64,000 nt of DNA from Marsupella aquatica (taxonomy: Eukaryota > Plantae > Marchantiophyta). The notes beneath the pieces were generated by a model. That model worked only from the letters and a program-made list of their open reading frames with translations, was not told where the DNA came from and made no database searches. A program made the translations under genes and the position numbers. Below are positions 39,155-52,597 of this stretch, piece by piece. Within the stretch, counting starts at the first letter, position 1. Every line of letters starts with the position of its first letter. The stretch is from the NCBI GenBank assembly GCA_973895155.1, contig OZ316891.1, positions 8,805,875 through 8,869,874 on the forward strand. Direction: 5' to 3'.

Positions 39155-41656
39155 CACTGTTGGAGCGGTCACGGAGTATGTTGAGCCAATCGAGTTTACC
39201 ACAAGAATTTTGGGCAGAAGCTGTCAATACCGCAGCTTATTTGGTAAATCTTTCTCCTTCTAGTGCTATCAATTTCAAAACGCCGTTTGAGATGCGTTAT
39301 AAGCGGCAAGCAGACTATCATGGCTTGCTAGTTTTTGGAAGTGATGCATATGCTCTCACACCAAAGCAGAATAGGACCAAGTTGGATCCTACCTCCAAGA
39401 AATGTGTTTTTCTTGGGTACCAGAGTGGTGTGAAAGCCTATAGGCTATGGGATCCTATTGCCTGTAAGCTCGTTGTCAGTAGGGATGTTTCCTTCAATGA
39501 ATCCAGATTATTGAAGGAGGGGGAGAATACTCAGGTCTCCCGTACTGACAAAGAAAAATCTTCTATCCCGGATCTCGTTGAGGGGGAGATTGGTTATGAG
39601 GTGCATGACCGGAGAAAAGGAGTTGCTCCAATTATGGAGTTGGTTCCTGTGCCAGAGGAACCAGAGGAGTTTGTTGATGCTGGTGAGCAGCAAGTGGATG
39701 CTGTTGAGCTTCAAATTGTACCAGCACAAGCAGATCAACCGGAGTCATCGGCTAGAAGAACATCTGGTCGCATTGTACGCGCTCCACCAAGGTATGGACA
39801 GTGGGTTGATTCATCTCAACTGCAAGAGGATGATTTTACAACTGATGATGAGGGTGATGCGTTAATTTTGGAAGAAGGGGAACCTTCTTCATTTCATGAG
39901 GCAAGTGCTTCAAAGGAGAAGCAGAAGTGGACTGCAGCAATGCAAATAGAGATGCAGTCACTAAAGGACAACAAAACTTGGGAGCTTGTTAAGCTGCCTA
40001 AGGGTCAGCAAGTGGTGGACAGCAAGTGGATTTACAAGCTGAAGGATAATTCCATAGGAGGTGGATCGAAGGTCTACAAGGCTAGGTTGGTAGCAAAGGG
40101 ATTCACACAAGAGAAAGGTGTGGATTACAATGAGGTCTTCTCACCAATTGCTAAGTACTCTACAATACGACTATTGTGTGTACTTGTTGTAATGTTTGGT
40201 CTGCTGCTAGATCAGATGGATGTTGTCACAGCTTTCCTCTATGGCACATTGGAAGAGGTGATCTTCATGAGACAATCGCTAGGTTTTGGGAAGAGAGGAC
40301 AGGAGGAATTGGTTTGCAGATTGCTGAAATCCTTGTATGGGTTGAAGCAGTCACCAAGACAGTGGAACAAGCGGTTTGACGATTGGATTCGGTCACAAGG
40401 TTTTCACAGAAGTGTATTTGACCCTTGTGTGTATTTGAAACCGGTAAAGAATGTTGTCTTTGGGTTCATTGTTTTAGTACTTTATGTGGATGATATGCTA
40501 ATTGTAGCCAAGGATAGGTCTGAGATTGTTAAGCTCAAGGCACTGCTTAGTGCAGAGTTTAAGATGAAGGACTTAGGGCCAACTAAGAGGATTTTGGGTA
40601 TGGAGATCACTAGGGACTTGGAGGCTGGCAAGCTATGGTTGACGCAGAGCAGTTATGCGAGGAAGGTAATTGCAAGGTTCAACATGGGGAATAGCAAGCC
40701 AGTAAGTACCCCGTTGGCTCCACACTTCAAGTTATCATCAGCGTTCTGTCCTATGGATGACACAGAGAAGGGGTTGATGTCAAAGGTTCCGTATGACAAG
40801 GCAGTGGGGAGTCTCATGTATTTGATGACTTGCACTAGACCTGATCTTGCTATGGCTATGGGCAAGGTGAGCAGGTACATGTCGAATCCAGGGAAGGTAC
40901 ACTGGGAAGCAATGAAGTGGATTATCAGGTACTTGAAGGGTACCGTGGATTATGGTCTTTTATTTGATGCGAATGCAAAGAATGCTAAATCATTGATTGG
41001 CTATGTTGATTCTGACTATGGACAAGATTTGGACCGAAGGAGATCAACAACAGGATACGTGTTCACACTTGGCGGTGGATGCATAAGTTGGAGGTCTACT
41101 TTGCAGAAGTGTATTGCTCAGTCTACTACAGAAGCGGAGTATGTTGCAGCTGCGGAAGCAGCAAAGGAAGCGATTTGGTTGGATAGACTTATCATTGAAA
41201 TGGGATTGCCACAGGGGAATGTGAAGCTCCATTGTGATAGTCAAAGTGTGCTCCACCTTGCTGTGAACCAGGTGATGGACAGCAGAGTGAAGCACATTGA
41301 CGTTAGGTACCATTTTATCAGGCAGGCTGTGTCTGATAATTTGTTTGAGCTAGTCAAGATTGATGGTAAACTCAACCCGGCTGACGCATTTACCAAAGTG
41401 ATTCCTTTGGAGAGTTTCTCTAGACACCGTGACGTATTGCAGGTTTTGCAATTGCATCACAAGTAGAGTTTTCTTAACATTCATTGTAATTACTGATATA
41501 TGCTCTTCCTCATTCCTATGTATTAGGCTACGGCTTAGTTCTGGTTTGCTCTAGTTAGAGAGGGAAACCGGTTTGGTTTTTGTCCAGAACTTCCCGCTGA
41601 GGGATCATATACATTGGCAGTATTACTCTCCCCTAGACCAGAGTCAAGGGGAAGAT

Positions 41657-42149
41657 TGTTGGATATTTACTCTTACGTCTAGGTTAGGTATGACGTGGTT
41701 GGTACAACAACGTGGGTTGGTACAACTACGTGGTTAGATACAACTACGTGATTAGGTACAACTATGTGGTTAGGTACAACTACGTGATTAGGTACAACTA
41801 TGTGGTTAGGTACAACTACGTGATTAGGTACAACTATGTGGTTAGGTATAACTACGTGATTAGGTACAACTATGTGGTTAGGTACAACTAAGTTGCACAC
41901 TATATCATAAGAGGCATGTATGTTTGGAGAGGAAAAACCAAGGCTCATTGTTATGGAGCCACTTGAGAGATAGGGAGAGCTTACACTGTGGAGACTCGGT
42001 ATAGTCGACGGGCTTAGAGTTCAGTAAAGCTCTCTTGTGTGTTCCCGTGGACGTAGCCTCAAGGAGGTGAACCACGTATCTCTTGTGTCGACTATTGTGC
42101 GTTGGATGGTTCATGGGCTTGCCGTTGCGATCGTCGTCTATGCTCAACA
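41657..42149 (+). repeat. Copia 3' LTR (493 bp) with 11 x 18-bp tandem units
   Basis: Follows the PPT and ends ctcaaca before TSD CTTGT. Confidence 0.95.
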
Positions 42150-42249
42150 CTTGTGTGCAACTCTTCAGAACTTTTCTTAGGAGGACTCTAAGTGGATTGC
42201 AGGAGTGTGATTCCCCGCCAATCAAGCAAAGCCAACTTGCTTGTGCACT

Positions 42250-43235
42250 GAAGCTGACTAAGCCAACTTCATCATTTAGATCATTTTTGTGCTTTTTAAA
42301 TTCATTTATATTGCAGTGGATAAAAATAACTCCAAGTTTATCACTTACAGAATAGACATGGTGGTCTATTTTAATAAAATCTTAGTAAGTACCAATGAAG
42401 GTAAAAGTTAAGAATAAGGCAAACGCAAAGCTAGTCAATGATTAGTTTTCCACTGAACACACATATTGTGACACAAATGCCTTCTAAGCAAATTTACCTA
42501 AGCCGACCTTAAGCCAAGTTGACACAGGCAGATCAGACCTGAGCTGACCTCAACTGAGCCAATCTGACCAGAAAAAACCTTGTCTAAGCCAAGTTGACCT
42601 TTGCCAACCTAATCTATCTAAGCTAACTTCAAAATTCTTACCAACATTGTGCATTTTTTATTTCATTTCTATTGGATAAAAAAGGTGTGAGTTTACTATC
42701 TAATAGTATAGACATAGCCGTATACTCTGGTAAAAGCTGAGTACCATTGGAACTTGAAGTTGAGACATCAAAATGTACATTCAAAGATATATAAAATAGA
42801 CAAAGCGGGAGACAAAGATAGCCAATGATCAGTTTGCCACACTGTACACAACTCTCTTCTTAGGGTGATTTACCTAAGATGATTTCACTTAAGCTGCTTT
42901 ATCTAAGGTGACCTAAGCAGATCTGACCCCAGCCCACCTTACCTAAGCCAAATTGACATTTTCTGATGTTATATATGCTGAATTCAAAACTTAGAGCAGG
43001 GTCCAGCATTTTTTACTTTCATTTGTACTTGATTTAAAAGTTGAAAGTTTTAGAGCTCATAGATAGACATGGTGACCATATATACTGTGGCAAAATCTTA
43101 GTACCAATGGAGCATGGGGTCAAGAATAAAAAATAGGCAAAGATAGCCCACATTTGTCTGATTAGTATGCCACATAAGACATAATTAAATGCCTTCTAAG
43201 CTGATTTGACCCAGGCAGATCTGACCTAGGAGGAC
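42250..43235. repeat. Old, diverged ~355-bp tandem array (~3 copies)
   Basis: atagacat..., agtacca(a/t)tg, gat(t/c)agt, aaatgccttctaagc and gcagatc(t/a)gacc recur in order from about 42352, 42708 and 43062. Confidence 0.7.
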
Positions 43236-44637
43236 CTAAAGAAAAACAGTATTCATTATAGGAGTGCTTGCTCTCTTGTTTATTTGGGTTTGAGTGGTCC
43301 TCACCCTCTTTCCCCCTTTATTCCTCAAAAAAAAGAAAAACAATTCAATCAATCTACAAATCAATGTGGCATGGAAGAACTAGAAATAAATTAAATCTCA
43401 TAACTCTTTCCATGATAGGTGAAGGGTTGTGTAATGAATGTCTTTTCGCATATGAATGGACATCCTTATTGCTACTTGTGTTGAGATACATGTGTTGACT
43501 TAAAGAAGTTTGGTTCACCCTGTTTAGGGTGCGTCCTTGACCAAAAGGAAAAATTGACTAAATATATTAACACCATACATTGGCCATAGCTTGACAAATC
43601 ACATGCTGAGCTCCATAACACTATACTCTTCTCTCTCTCCACTCTCCAACTCTTCACCATTGATATCTAGTGTGGGCACAATGAAGTGTTCCTCCAAGGT
43701 ATAGGCCCTCCCCACTAGTCTAACCTTAGCAGCACTAATTCATGGTAAAGTACATTGTGTTAGGAGAGTTAACCTATTTAACCACTTGCTTGAGGTAAGT
43801 ATCAACAATTAAGTTGTTAACCCTTGCTACTCTCAACAATGTTGTTATGGATGGGGCACTTGTAAAAGAACCCTACATCTTAATTCTCCCTCCCCCACCT
43901 TCCCTTATCACATCAAACAACTTTCCTTTTGGTAGAGTCCAATTGAGAGAAAAGTGCTTGGAAATTTAAAACTCAATGATGTTACTAAACAATTCACAAC
44001 TAGACCCACATACTGGTTACAGGTCATATTAAAGTTCAATAAAGTGTAAGAAACATCATCTCAGTTAAAATACGGGCTTCAGTTTCCATCACAAAGTGGT
44101 AATATAGAGAGATTTATTACGTTTCTCATGACAAGGAGTGATGTCATACCCGTATATTGATTTGCAATTACCGGGATGCAATTTGTATTTGAAGACTTAA
44201 CCCTCTCTAAATGTTCAGGGATTCACGCAGTCTTTCTTTCTTTTGAAAAGCAGTCACCACTCATCGACTTCAAGAGTGCTGCAAAGTGATGTGTTTGTAT
44301 TCTAACCAAAAACTTGGATTTTAAACGATTTTGGGTGTATTCGGCCCCGGTCTTCATGCCTTACGTTTCTATTGACATCATTGGAGAAAACTTGTTTTCG
44401 CGAAGAAACAACATTGTGATTATGAAGACGTACGAGTTAACAACGCACAACTGGTCCAGTACCAGTCCTTCTGCCAGCCTTCGAAGTAGAGAAACAATTT
44501 AATCCCAAGTCTAGTCCTCCATCTATGTTGAAGTTCACCTCAACAACCTAGTCAGATCATTTCGGTTTACTGACCTTCAAATATTACAGATCGAATTTCA
44601 ATTATAGAAACTTTGGAGGTCCCACATTCTCCGCCAA

Positions 44638-47164
44638 TCATTCTTTGAACCCTTCGATCATAGCCATACCGTTTGACATCTGAAGTACGTTACAACGTGG
44701 GAATCCAGCAGCTCTCAGAATCGCTTGGTACTCCTCCCTGCTTCTCTCCCGGGCACCCTTCAAATACGTCAGCATTATCAGGTCCATACACTCAACATAT
44801 TTACCCTGAATGTTGTTGTCATGCTTGTCCCTGAGAAACTCGGCAACGATTACCTTCCCGTTCTTTGCCGGCAGTGCTTTCCAGCAATTCTTCAGGATTT
44901 GGATGGCTTCTTCATCTCCGTAGTTGTGTAGAATCCACTGCATTCGAGTCCCAAGGCGATGAGTAATGAGAGCGATTGTCAAACAGTCAGTGTCAGTGTT
45001 CTTATTCACTTAAGGTTAAGATCGACGCTGGCAAAATGAGAGAATTTAATATTGTGGAGCCACGATCAATGTATGAAGAAACACTATTGCATTTATTTTG
45101 TTTTCTTGCACACGATCGTAAAATCACTGTATCGCCCCAAATTAGCTACGAACGAAACAACACGACACAGCCAAGTTTGAGACACCTTTCAATGAATACT
45201 CAGAAAACGTTAATTAAGGTAGATGCACTCTAGCTTTTTCTCTTAATTGTGATTCGAACCAATTCGGTCGAAAGTATTCAGAAGGTGGGAGTGACGTCCG
45301 AACCTTAAGAAACATTGCGTCTCCCGATGGCACGCTCTCGAAGAAACTGCCTCCGACATGCTGCACACCTGAGGCACAGAAATTTTGGAGATAAAATCAC
45401 CGAAAGGTAAATAGTGCCATTCAGAAATAACTCTCTACATTTACATTGGATGTGCCTGTCCATGGAAGTTTGACAAAGAAGATCATATCATGGATTGAAA
45501 CTAAGCTATCAAACTTACTGTAGATAATTTAAGAGGGCACAAAAGTTAAGAGCTTGAAGATGAAGATTGGAGACGGGGATCGGTGTGGCTAGGACCGCGC
45601 ACCATTTGCAGGAGCTGCGGCAATAACATATGGCAGGTCGAAATTGATCCCTTGAATATGTGGGCTGTGAGCAACAACCTGAGATACAAAGTATCCCCTA
45701 GATCCGCCCACGTCGACCAGAGTATTCACACCGTCGAGCACACCCGAATGCAGCAAACTGTCCAACGCTCCTTGCGAGACCAGATTGCTGTTGGCTGCCA
45801 TCGCCTTTTGAAACGTTACCCGAAACTCGGGGTTGTCAAACTCATACACAGGCACTCCGAACGCTTTTGTGAAGGCATTGGTAGTCTCATCTAGAACGGC
45901 CTCCGGCAAGCAAAGCTCAGTAGGAAAAGTAATTGAGTTATTGAGCAAATCTGCACAATGTCCGGCGGGATAAGTAGGTCCATATTAGAGTTTACCAAAA
46001 GTTTACCAAACACTAGTACAACAGTCAATTCCCATTTGTTTCCGTTAGCTCCGTACGTACGATTAGATGAAACGACTCTAGATCGAGCAACTGGGAATCG
46101 CTTAATTGCATATCCCTCCCGAGCAGTTAGCATACATTCTGCGGTACGAACATGATCGATCTGTAACACAAATCAAGGTATGTTGCGATGGACCTCAATT
46201 TTTCTATCAGAAACTTGTCGCGAAATAAATTGAGATTTGACACTCCAGTAGTTAAACTCAGACCAATTTGCTAGTAGTAGGAAAGGAATTTTGAACAGGT
46301 CACAACTAGCTTTAGATCATATGCACTTGAATGGACGGCCGGTGGCCATGGCCATGATGCATGACAGCCGGGAATTTGAGATCTCTCGACAATGTTGTGA
46401 CGTGTTCACTGGCTGGCAGTTGTACACAGTCATACTGACTAGAGGATGAACGTTACTATTAATTAGAGCTATGCATGAAGGCTGTGATGGGCTCCCCAAA
46501 AGTTCTTGGACCAATCGTTTGCGACCACAATTGAAAGTCCGTACGTCGCATACAAGAACTAACGCCATGGAGATTGCTACTACTGTCTAGCAAGGAATTT
46601 CCCACATGCACAGCTGACAAGTGATTTTAAAATAACATCTTACTGTAAAATTCTGCACCTGTTCGACGCGATGATCCTCGTGTGTCTTGGCTTGCTACCT
46701 ACCAATGCCCTTATGGGGCCGCATTTGTAGCCAGGATCAAGGATAACACAGAACTAATCGATGAGGTGTGAAGGCGATTACGTACCTGCAAAGGGCGTGA
46801 GGCTCATCGGATTTTCTCGGACGAACCACTGGGAGACTTCCGTAAGTCCATACACAGGTTGCTCATCGCCGTCTAGAGATTCACTAAAGACTCCTTCTCT
46901 CACTAAGGGCCTGAGGAGGCGTTGCAAATTCTGAACCACTGTAGGTCCTGCAGGAGTGGATTTGGTTGGCAGTTGCCGTAGAATTTCCTCAGCCGACATG
47001 GGCATTCTCCCTTCTGCACTAGCGAGGATATCTGGGACGCCTAACTTAAGTACAGCCTGGAGCGCCGTGAAAACGAGTCTTGTGAAGATCAGATTCTGTG
47101 CCACGAGGTGACTGGAATCGATTTGTAGAGTTCTTGCATCATTGATGCTGCTCATCGTGGCCAT
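44638..47164 (-). CDS. Class II (COMT-type) SAM-dependent O-methyltransferase; exons 47164-46786, 45950-45603, 45368-45304, 44937-44638 (363 aa)
   Basis: Dimerisation domain (ALQAVLKLGVPDIL...LQRLLRPL...YGLTEVS) followed by LVDVGGSRG, FDLPYVI, VQHVGGSFFESVPSGDAMFLK|WILHNY, LKNCWKALP and GARERSREEY. All GT-AG junctions preserve frame, including the 65-nt third exon. Confidence 0.92.
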
Positions 47165-50100
47165 GGTTGCAAGTTTGTGCACAGATCTGCGCCTGGACCT
47201 CGCCCAGACCACCGAGTAGGGTTGAAGAGGCCCTATACGGCAACGACCATAGCTCGGCAACCACAAGCCGGATGTGCGAGCTTGAGACGGGGTTATGAAC
47301 GGGCGGCCAAGTCCTAGAAGGTGCCGCTGAGGGAAGGAAATGCACGACATTTGTCCAGGAGGAAGATCGATGCCAGTACTGTCGGACTCCCACTATCAAA
47401 GTTGCAAGCCCCACCAGATTTATCAAGATCTATCCTGCCTCACATGCATAAAAAGGGAAAGTAAAACTCGGAATCTCCGCTTAGCTCTTCGTGCTCTCGA
47501 TCGATCATCCAAATCTATAATTCAAGTTGGTGGATGAATCTGGTCTTATACAACAAGCCTACAACAGAAGTGAACGAAGAGAAACTGAGAATTGAATGCT
47601 TTCTTTCGATATCGATCAATTATTGGAATAGAGAATATTATACTGAAGCAGAACTTATGCGTGCGACACAGATTGGTGTCATCATGTAATTGACTGTAGT
47701 CCTACTGTTACCGACGTTGCTGTCGAGAAAAGTGGAGAAAAAAAGTGGAGAAAAACGTGTGGTCTGACTAGAAGAAAAGTGAGGTTTATAAGTGTACAGA
47801 TGGATTTATGACAGAGTTAGTACAACTTCCAGTTGAATCTTGAAATAGCCTCAGGGTGTGAGGAGTCCAATGTGTGTGCCTGAAAACAAATACATCACAT
47901 AGTTGTCCAGTTAAATATGGAAATATGAGGACTCAGGATATCCCATACACTTACTACCATGCACATATTGAGAAAGTGCATGAAGTGGATGATTGCTCGC
48001 CAGCAGTGTTTCCAAGACAGCCTGCACTAAGACATGGTTGTCTATATCAGAGTGCCAAAGATAAAAAATGTCAACTCGAGAGATAGGACCGCAAAGGTAA
48101 AAGATCCTATCAGGGGAGAGGAAATGGGAAAGACACAAAAGGGATAAAGAGGCCCCACCACTTCAAGAGGCAAAAAGAAACGCAAAAAACCAACGACAGA
48201 GAAGACAAACAGCTGCCATACTCAGAGAAAACACTGAAAAACCTGTCAAAGCTCTCAAGATATATATCACTGCCAAAAAGATAGGAATCCCAAAGTGGGA
48301 GACATGGTCCGAAAAGGAGAAAGAACCCAATAAAGGTTGGGGAGAAGGAAAAGACCCCAAAAAGATCAAAGAGACCCAACAAGTCAAAGATAACCCCAAA
48401 AACCAAAGACTAGATGGATCTAGAAGCCCGACAAGCTACAGCGTGCCTTATGTGGGCTTGTCTCAGCTTCGGGGTTGTCTGGGCTTGTCCAGGCTTCTGA
48501 AAAGGAATGTTTTAAAATTTTGATACCCAATGCCAATGAATCTGTTGGGACAGGGCAAAGCACTTGTAACCAACTCAACTTCCTATTTTGTAGTGCAACT
48601 TAATAAGTTGAAATGTTCCTTATTTGGATTTAATCTTTTGAATTTTCTATGAATTTGGTAGTTTCCTAGACCCCTCTACTGTAGTGTTTAAACACTCAAC
48701 TTATTCCCTTGTCAAAATACTCCTGTGACCTGCATATTTTTATTCAGTTTCTCCCTCTCCATATCCTAGTATTAATAGGCTTCTTAGTATGGAGTCCACC
48801 ACCCAATCATGTGAGATCCCCTCATCTATACAGTGACATAGCATAGATTTGACCTCGAAAAAATGCCATGCAAGTATTAAAACCCTAAACTATGAGAAAA
48901 TATAGGCTATGCAGTACTCAAAACTCTTTACGTTGAGATTGAAACAATCTAAGTATACATAGTAACTCATTAAAATTTCATATTTAATTGTACAGCTCAC
49001 ACTCTGGGGGTCTCATTTCCCCCAAAAAAATGACACATCATATACAAAGAATAGGCTGAGTTGTTTTATTGATACTCAAGGAAGACTCTATAATCCTTGT
49101 TTAATACATTACGGTCTTTTAAATCTATTTTTGAAACTTATAAGAAAAGATAGGTCGAAAACATACTACACACATTGTGATTTTGTACAGCAGCAACTGA
49201 GAAGTGCAATCGGCTAGAAAAGCATTGAGCCTGTTGAGGTTGAATCAACATCCAACAGCTGGATCTATCTGTGGAGAGAGAGAAACATTCCAGGAGGCCA
49301 GTATCATTTGCTCCTTTCTCTCCCTTCCCTTCATGCTTTTAAGCACCAACTGAGGTGAATTCTGATAGAGTATTTAGATTTCACAGTTTCAACAAATGGG
49401 GCAAAAGAATCAGGAAACAATGAATTAGGCAATGAGTCTGATGGAAGTCCATGGCAACCCCATACAAGGCATTGTATGATGCAAGCACAAAGATTTCTGC
49501 TAGAAGGAGAATATTGCTAGTAACTCAAAGGAGTGGTTATTAATGCCACTTTTATTTTGGCTGAATTTTGTATTCCTAGGACTCCAGATGGCTAGCAAGT
49601 TTGCTAGCGAAAGAGGAGTCCCCAAATTGGGTTAAGTTTGCTAGTGAGGTGGTGTATATTTAGGGTTTTTAAAAAATATTTTAGGGGTTTTGCCCTTATT
49701 GGCAAAAAGTATGGTACTGCAGGGAATCATTTTCAGGAAATCCATGATAATGAAAGTATGAAATTCTTTTTTTCCCTATGTGTGAGATGCACTTGAGTAA
49801 CCATTCAAATGTGGATATTGGCCACACTTCACTTTACATGAACTTGGGGGCACAATCAGGGGCAAAACATTTACCAATCCTAATTATCTGCCGGTTGCTA
49901 GATGTGTGTCCCTTTTCTTTGCTGATGAGTTAGAGATCCTCTTGAGGTGGTCTAAAAGAATGGACCAAGCCTTCTATTCAGGGCCCTTGCGTTTGGTATC
50001 TCTAGACCTAACTGTTTGGCTTAGGCATTTTAATTTTAGTGTGTACAAGTGGCCCTCCCCTTTGCTTTGGATGGAGATACACTTAAGGGCCTCACCTTCT

Positions 50101-50282
50101 TGTACAGGAGCTACTGTAGCCTATCTCCCAAATCTCAACTACATGCCTATTTTATAAGGATTCGTGTAGCTTACCCACAGAATTCTGACCTCAAACTATT
50201 GTATTCAAATATATACCAAAGTGCCAAAAAGCAAAAACGTGAAACTGGGAGGCACTATCCCAAAAGCAAAGCAACCCAATAC

Positions 50283-51236
50283 AGTGAATTCAAAGGTGGT
50301 GGGTTACATTGGATCATGTGCCAAAGCTACTGAATAATTATGGATCCTTCTAGAGTTTCCTTATCGTTGACTATCCTTGGCACTGGCTGTTTCCTAACTT
50401 GCGATCTCTAGACTTTACCTTTGCGAGGTGCTATTTAACCTTTTTGGGGGTAATGTAGATGTCAGGAGCCCAATAAGTGAATTCAAAGGTGGTGCCTTAC
50501 ATTGGATCATGTGCCAAAGCTACTGAATAATTCTGGATCCTTCTACTCGTCCTGGAACATGAAAAGTTATTTTGTCCTCGAGCAAAAAATTGAATATTTT
50601 TAGTGAAATATAGGTTATCTAATTTTTTGTGGCAAATATAAATAGGACATTGATTAGGAAGCTTGACATAGAAAAGTTGTGCATATAAGATACAAGAATA
50701 AAAGTACACATGTAAAGAATAGTAATAATGAACAGGAAAAATTTAAGTCTATGGTATTGGTTTCTGCACATACTATACACCAGTAAAGATACTTGTGTAC
50801 TTGTCTTAGGTAATGACACTCAAATGAATTAAAACCATAAATTAGGACACAAAACCATGAGTAGAACTTAAAGACATGAGGAGTGCACTTTAATTAGATC
50901 ATTTTTTCTTCACTCATCATAATAAGGGCTAGAACTTCCGTGAGCTTTGTTAAAGGGTGGATGATCAAAAGTATAGCAAAGATTAAAAAATTTAGAGGGG
51001 TGCCAGATTAAATTCAAAATCTAAAGTATGCAAGGGATGCACCTTGGTAAGACACATTGAATTAAAATACACAAGAGAGGAAGTTTGAATAGACAAAATA
51101 GTGGAAGATGGATTCACCATATAAGAGTTTCCTTCTCGTTGACTATCCTTGGCACTGGCTGATTCCTAACCGGCTATCTCTAGACTTTACCTTTGCAAGG
51201 TGCTATTTAACCTTTTTGGGGGTAATGTAGATGTCA
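50283..51236 (+). repeat. ~195-bp tandem duplication whose second copy is interrupted by a ~580-bp AT-rich insertion (50546-51123)
   Basis: gtgaattcaaaggtggtg...ggatccttcta at 50284 and 50478. The continuation agagtttcctt...gtagatgtc follows directly in copy 1 but only at 51124 in copy 2. Confidence 0.8.
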
Positions 51237-52244
51237 CTAATATGGGTCCTCCAAGGGTGGCTTTACAAGACATTGGGGGACAGTTTCATTTATTTATTTG
51301 GTCTCCAAAATCTGATTAGAGCCATCAATTTGGGAGAAATGTGGAAATTGATGGCTCTAAACTCTTCACTTTACAAAATGTTGGGGGCACTTTCAACCAA
51401 ACCTGTTACCAATCCTACATGGAATGTAGTGGAGCCCAATTTTTCCCTATGTGGAACACTCTTTTGTCCTAGATTTTAGACCACCCCAGTTGGAGGTCTC
51501 TTCTTTTGGCCTATTGGTCCATTTCTATTTAAAAGTCATTTGCATGAAAAGGGACCCCCAAGTCCTTCATAAAATATTATATTCTCACATCTAGAAAGAC
51601 TTTAGCCAAAGACTAGGTGACATTCAGGTGGAGTGGGTCCTCAATTTATCATTGGCTGCACCTGGCTTTACAAGACCTTGGGGACAATAAAAGGATTCAA
51701 AAAATGCTTTTAGCCCCATGACACTATATTTAGTGTGTGCAATGGCCCTCCGGTTTGCTTTGGTGAAAACAACTCCCAAGTCCCCAGACGTCTTGTAAAG
51801 TAATCCTGAACCACTGCTTTTAACATTGCACATCTTTAATCTTTTCTATTGCCACTCATTATCATGAACAGTAGCTCTCATTGACCATCTTTAATTTTTG
51901 ATCTTTTTGAAGTCTGTATTATAAATTCATTGATATTGTGGGGCATCTCAAAGCTTACGTCAATCAAGCAAACAAATATTCTTCGATCTCGCCAACAATC
52001 AAGGCCAAGAAAGAAGAAAGAATATTCAACTATCAAGGGCTTGTTGAATATCAGCTCTAGTGTCTTCAATTAACGTAGCAAAACAATTATCTTTAGACCC
52101 GGCAAAGAATCTGTCCAATATGATTTATCTTTAATTCTGTAAGTAGTGGGTAATTCCAAAAGTAGGAAGGAACTGAAAATTTTTAAATTTTTTATGGTGT
52201 TTAAACTATAATTATTGCTAACATAGCGAAGATAGCATTCTGTC

Positions 52245-52400
52245 TATAAGTTACGGGTTCCCAAATCTAAGTTACGAGGAAACTCCTGTTTACGAGTTTA
52301 CGAGTTTACTAGTTACTTTAATAGTATCCTGGTTTACGAGTTTACGAGTTCATAACTGTTTACTAGTTACGACTTTACTAGTTAGGGCTTTATGAGTTTT
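52245..52400 (+). repeat. Cluster of short gtttacga/gtttacta motifs (TE subterminal-like repeats)
   Basis: gtttacgagtttacgagtttactagttac-type runs. Confidence 0.6.
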
Positions 52401-52597
52401 GCCTTACGCGTTGGTGATCGGGGATCGCGACGTCTTACGGCTACATTCAACGGGACTTAGAAACGGAATGGCGAGCGTGCATTGAAGCGAAGGCAAGGTA
52501 GACCCCGGGCGCTCACTCCTGACTAAAACCCTGCCTCCTCCATTGATCCTTTCGGCCTCCCCATTTCTTTGCGCTACTACAAGAAACAATTTGAGCT

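Larger units (their letters stand above)
35037..41466 (+). pseudogene. Copia gag-pol, disrupted
   Basis: Contains gag (KYDGRSDYLLWEKQV), zinc knuckle CWKCNQVGHFKRDC, protease WILDCACSFH, LWHSRLGHM, integrase (HSDVWG, RSDNGGEY, PQQNGVAER), RT YVDDML and RNase H GYVDSD..SRVKHIDVRYHF. In-frame stops at 35391, 35940 and 36075, a frameshift near 36262 and an insertion at 37043-39154. Confidence 0.95.
33427..42149 (+). mobile_element. Full-length Ty1/copia LTR retrotransposon (Tnt1/Tork-like), inactivated
   Basis: TG..CA LTRs at 33427-33883 and 41657-42149. 5-bp TSD CTTGT (33422-26 and 42150-54). PBS TGGTATCAGAGC (tRNA-iMet) at 33886-33897 and PPT aaggggaaga at 41646-55. Domain order is gag-PR-IN-RT-RH. 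Confidence 0.97.

Noticed and set aside
46317-46568. Possible extra OMT exon
   Set aside because: Exon 1 splices in frame to 45950 and gives a normal-length OMT without it.
48100-50280. Probable old LINE fragments and a ~75-bp imperfect hairpin at 48422-48498
   Set aside because: Too degenerate to assign motifs or boundaries by eye.
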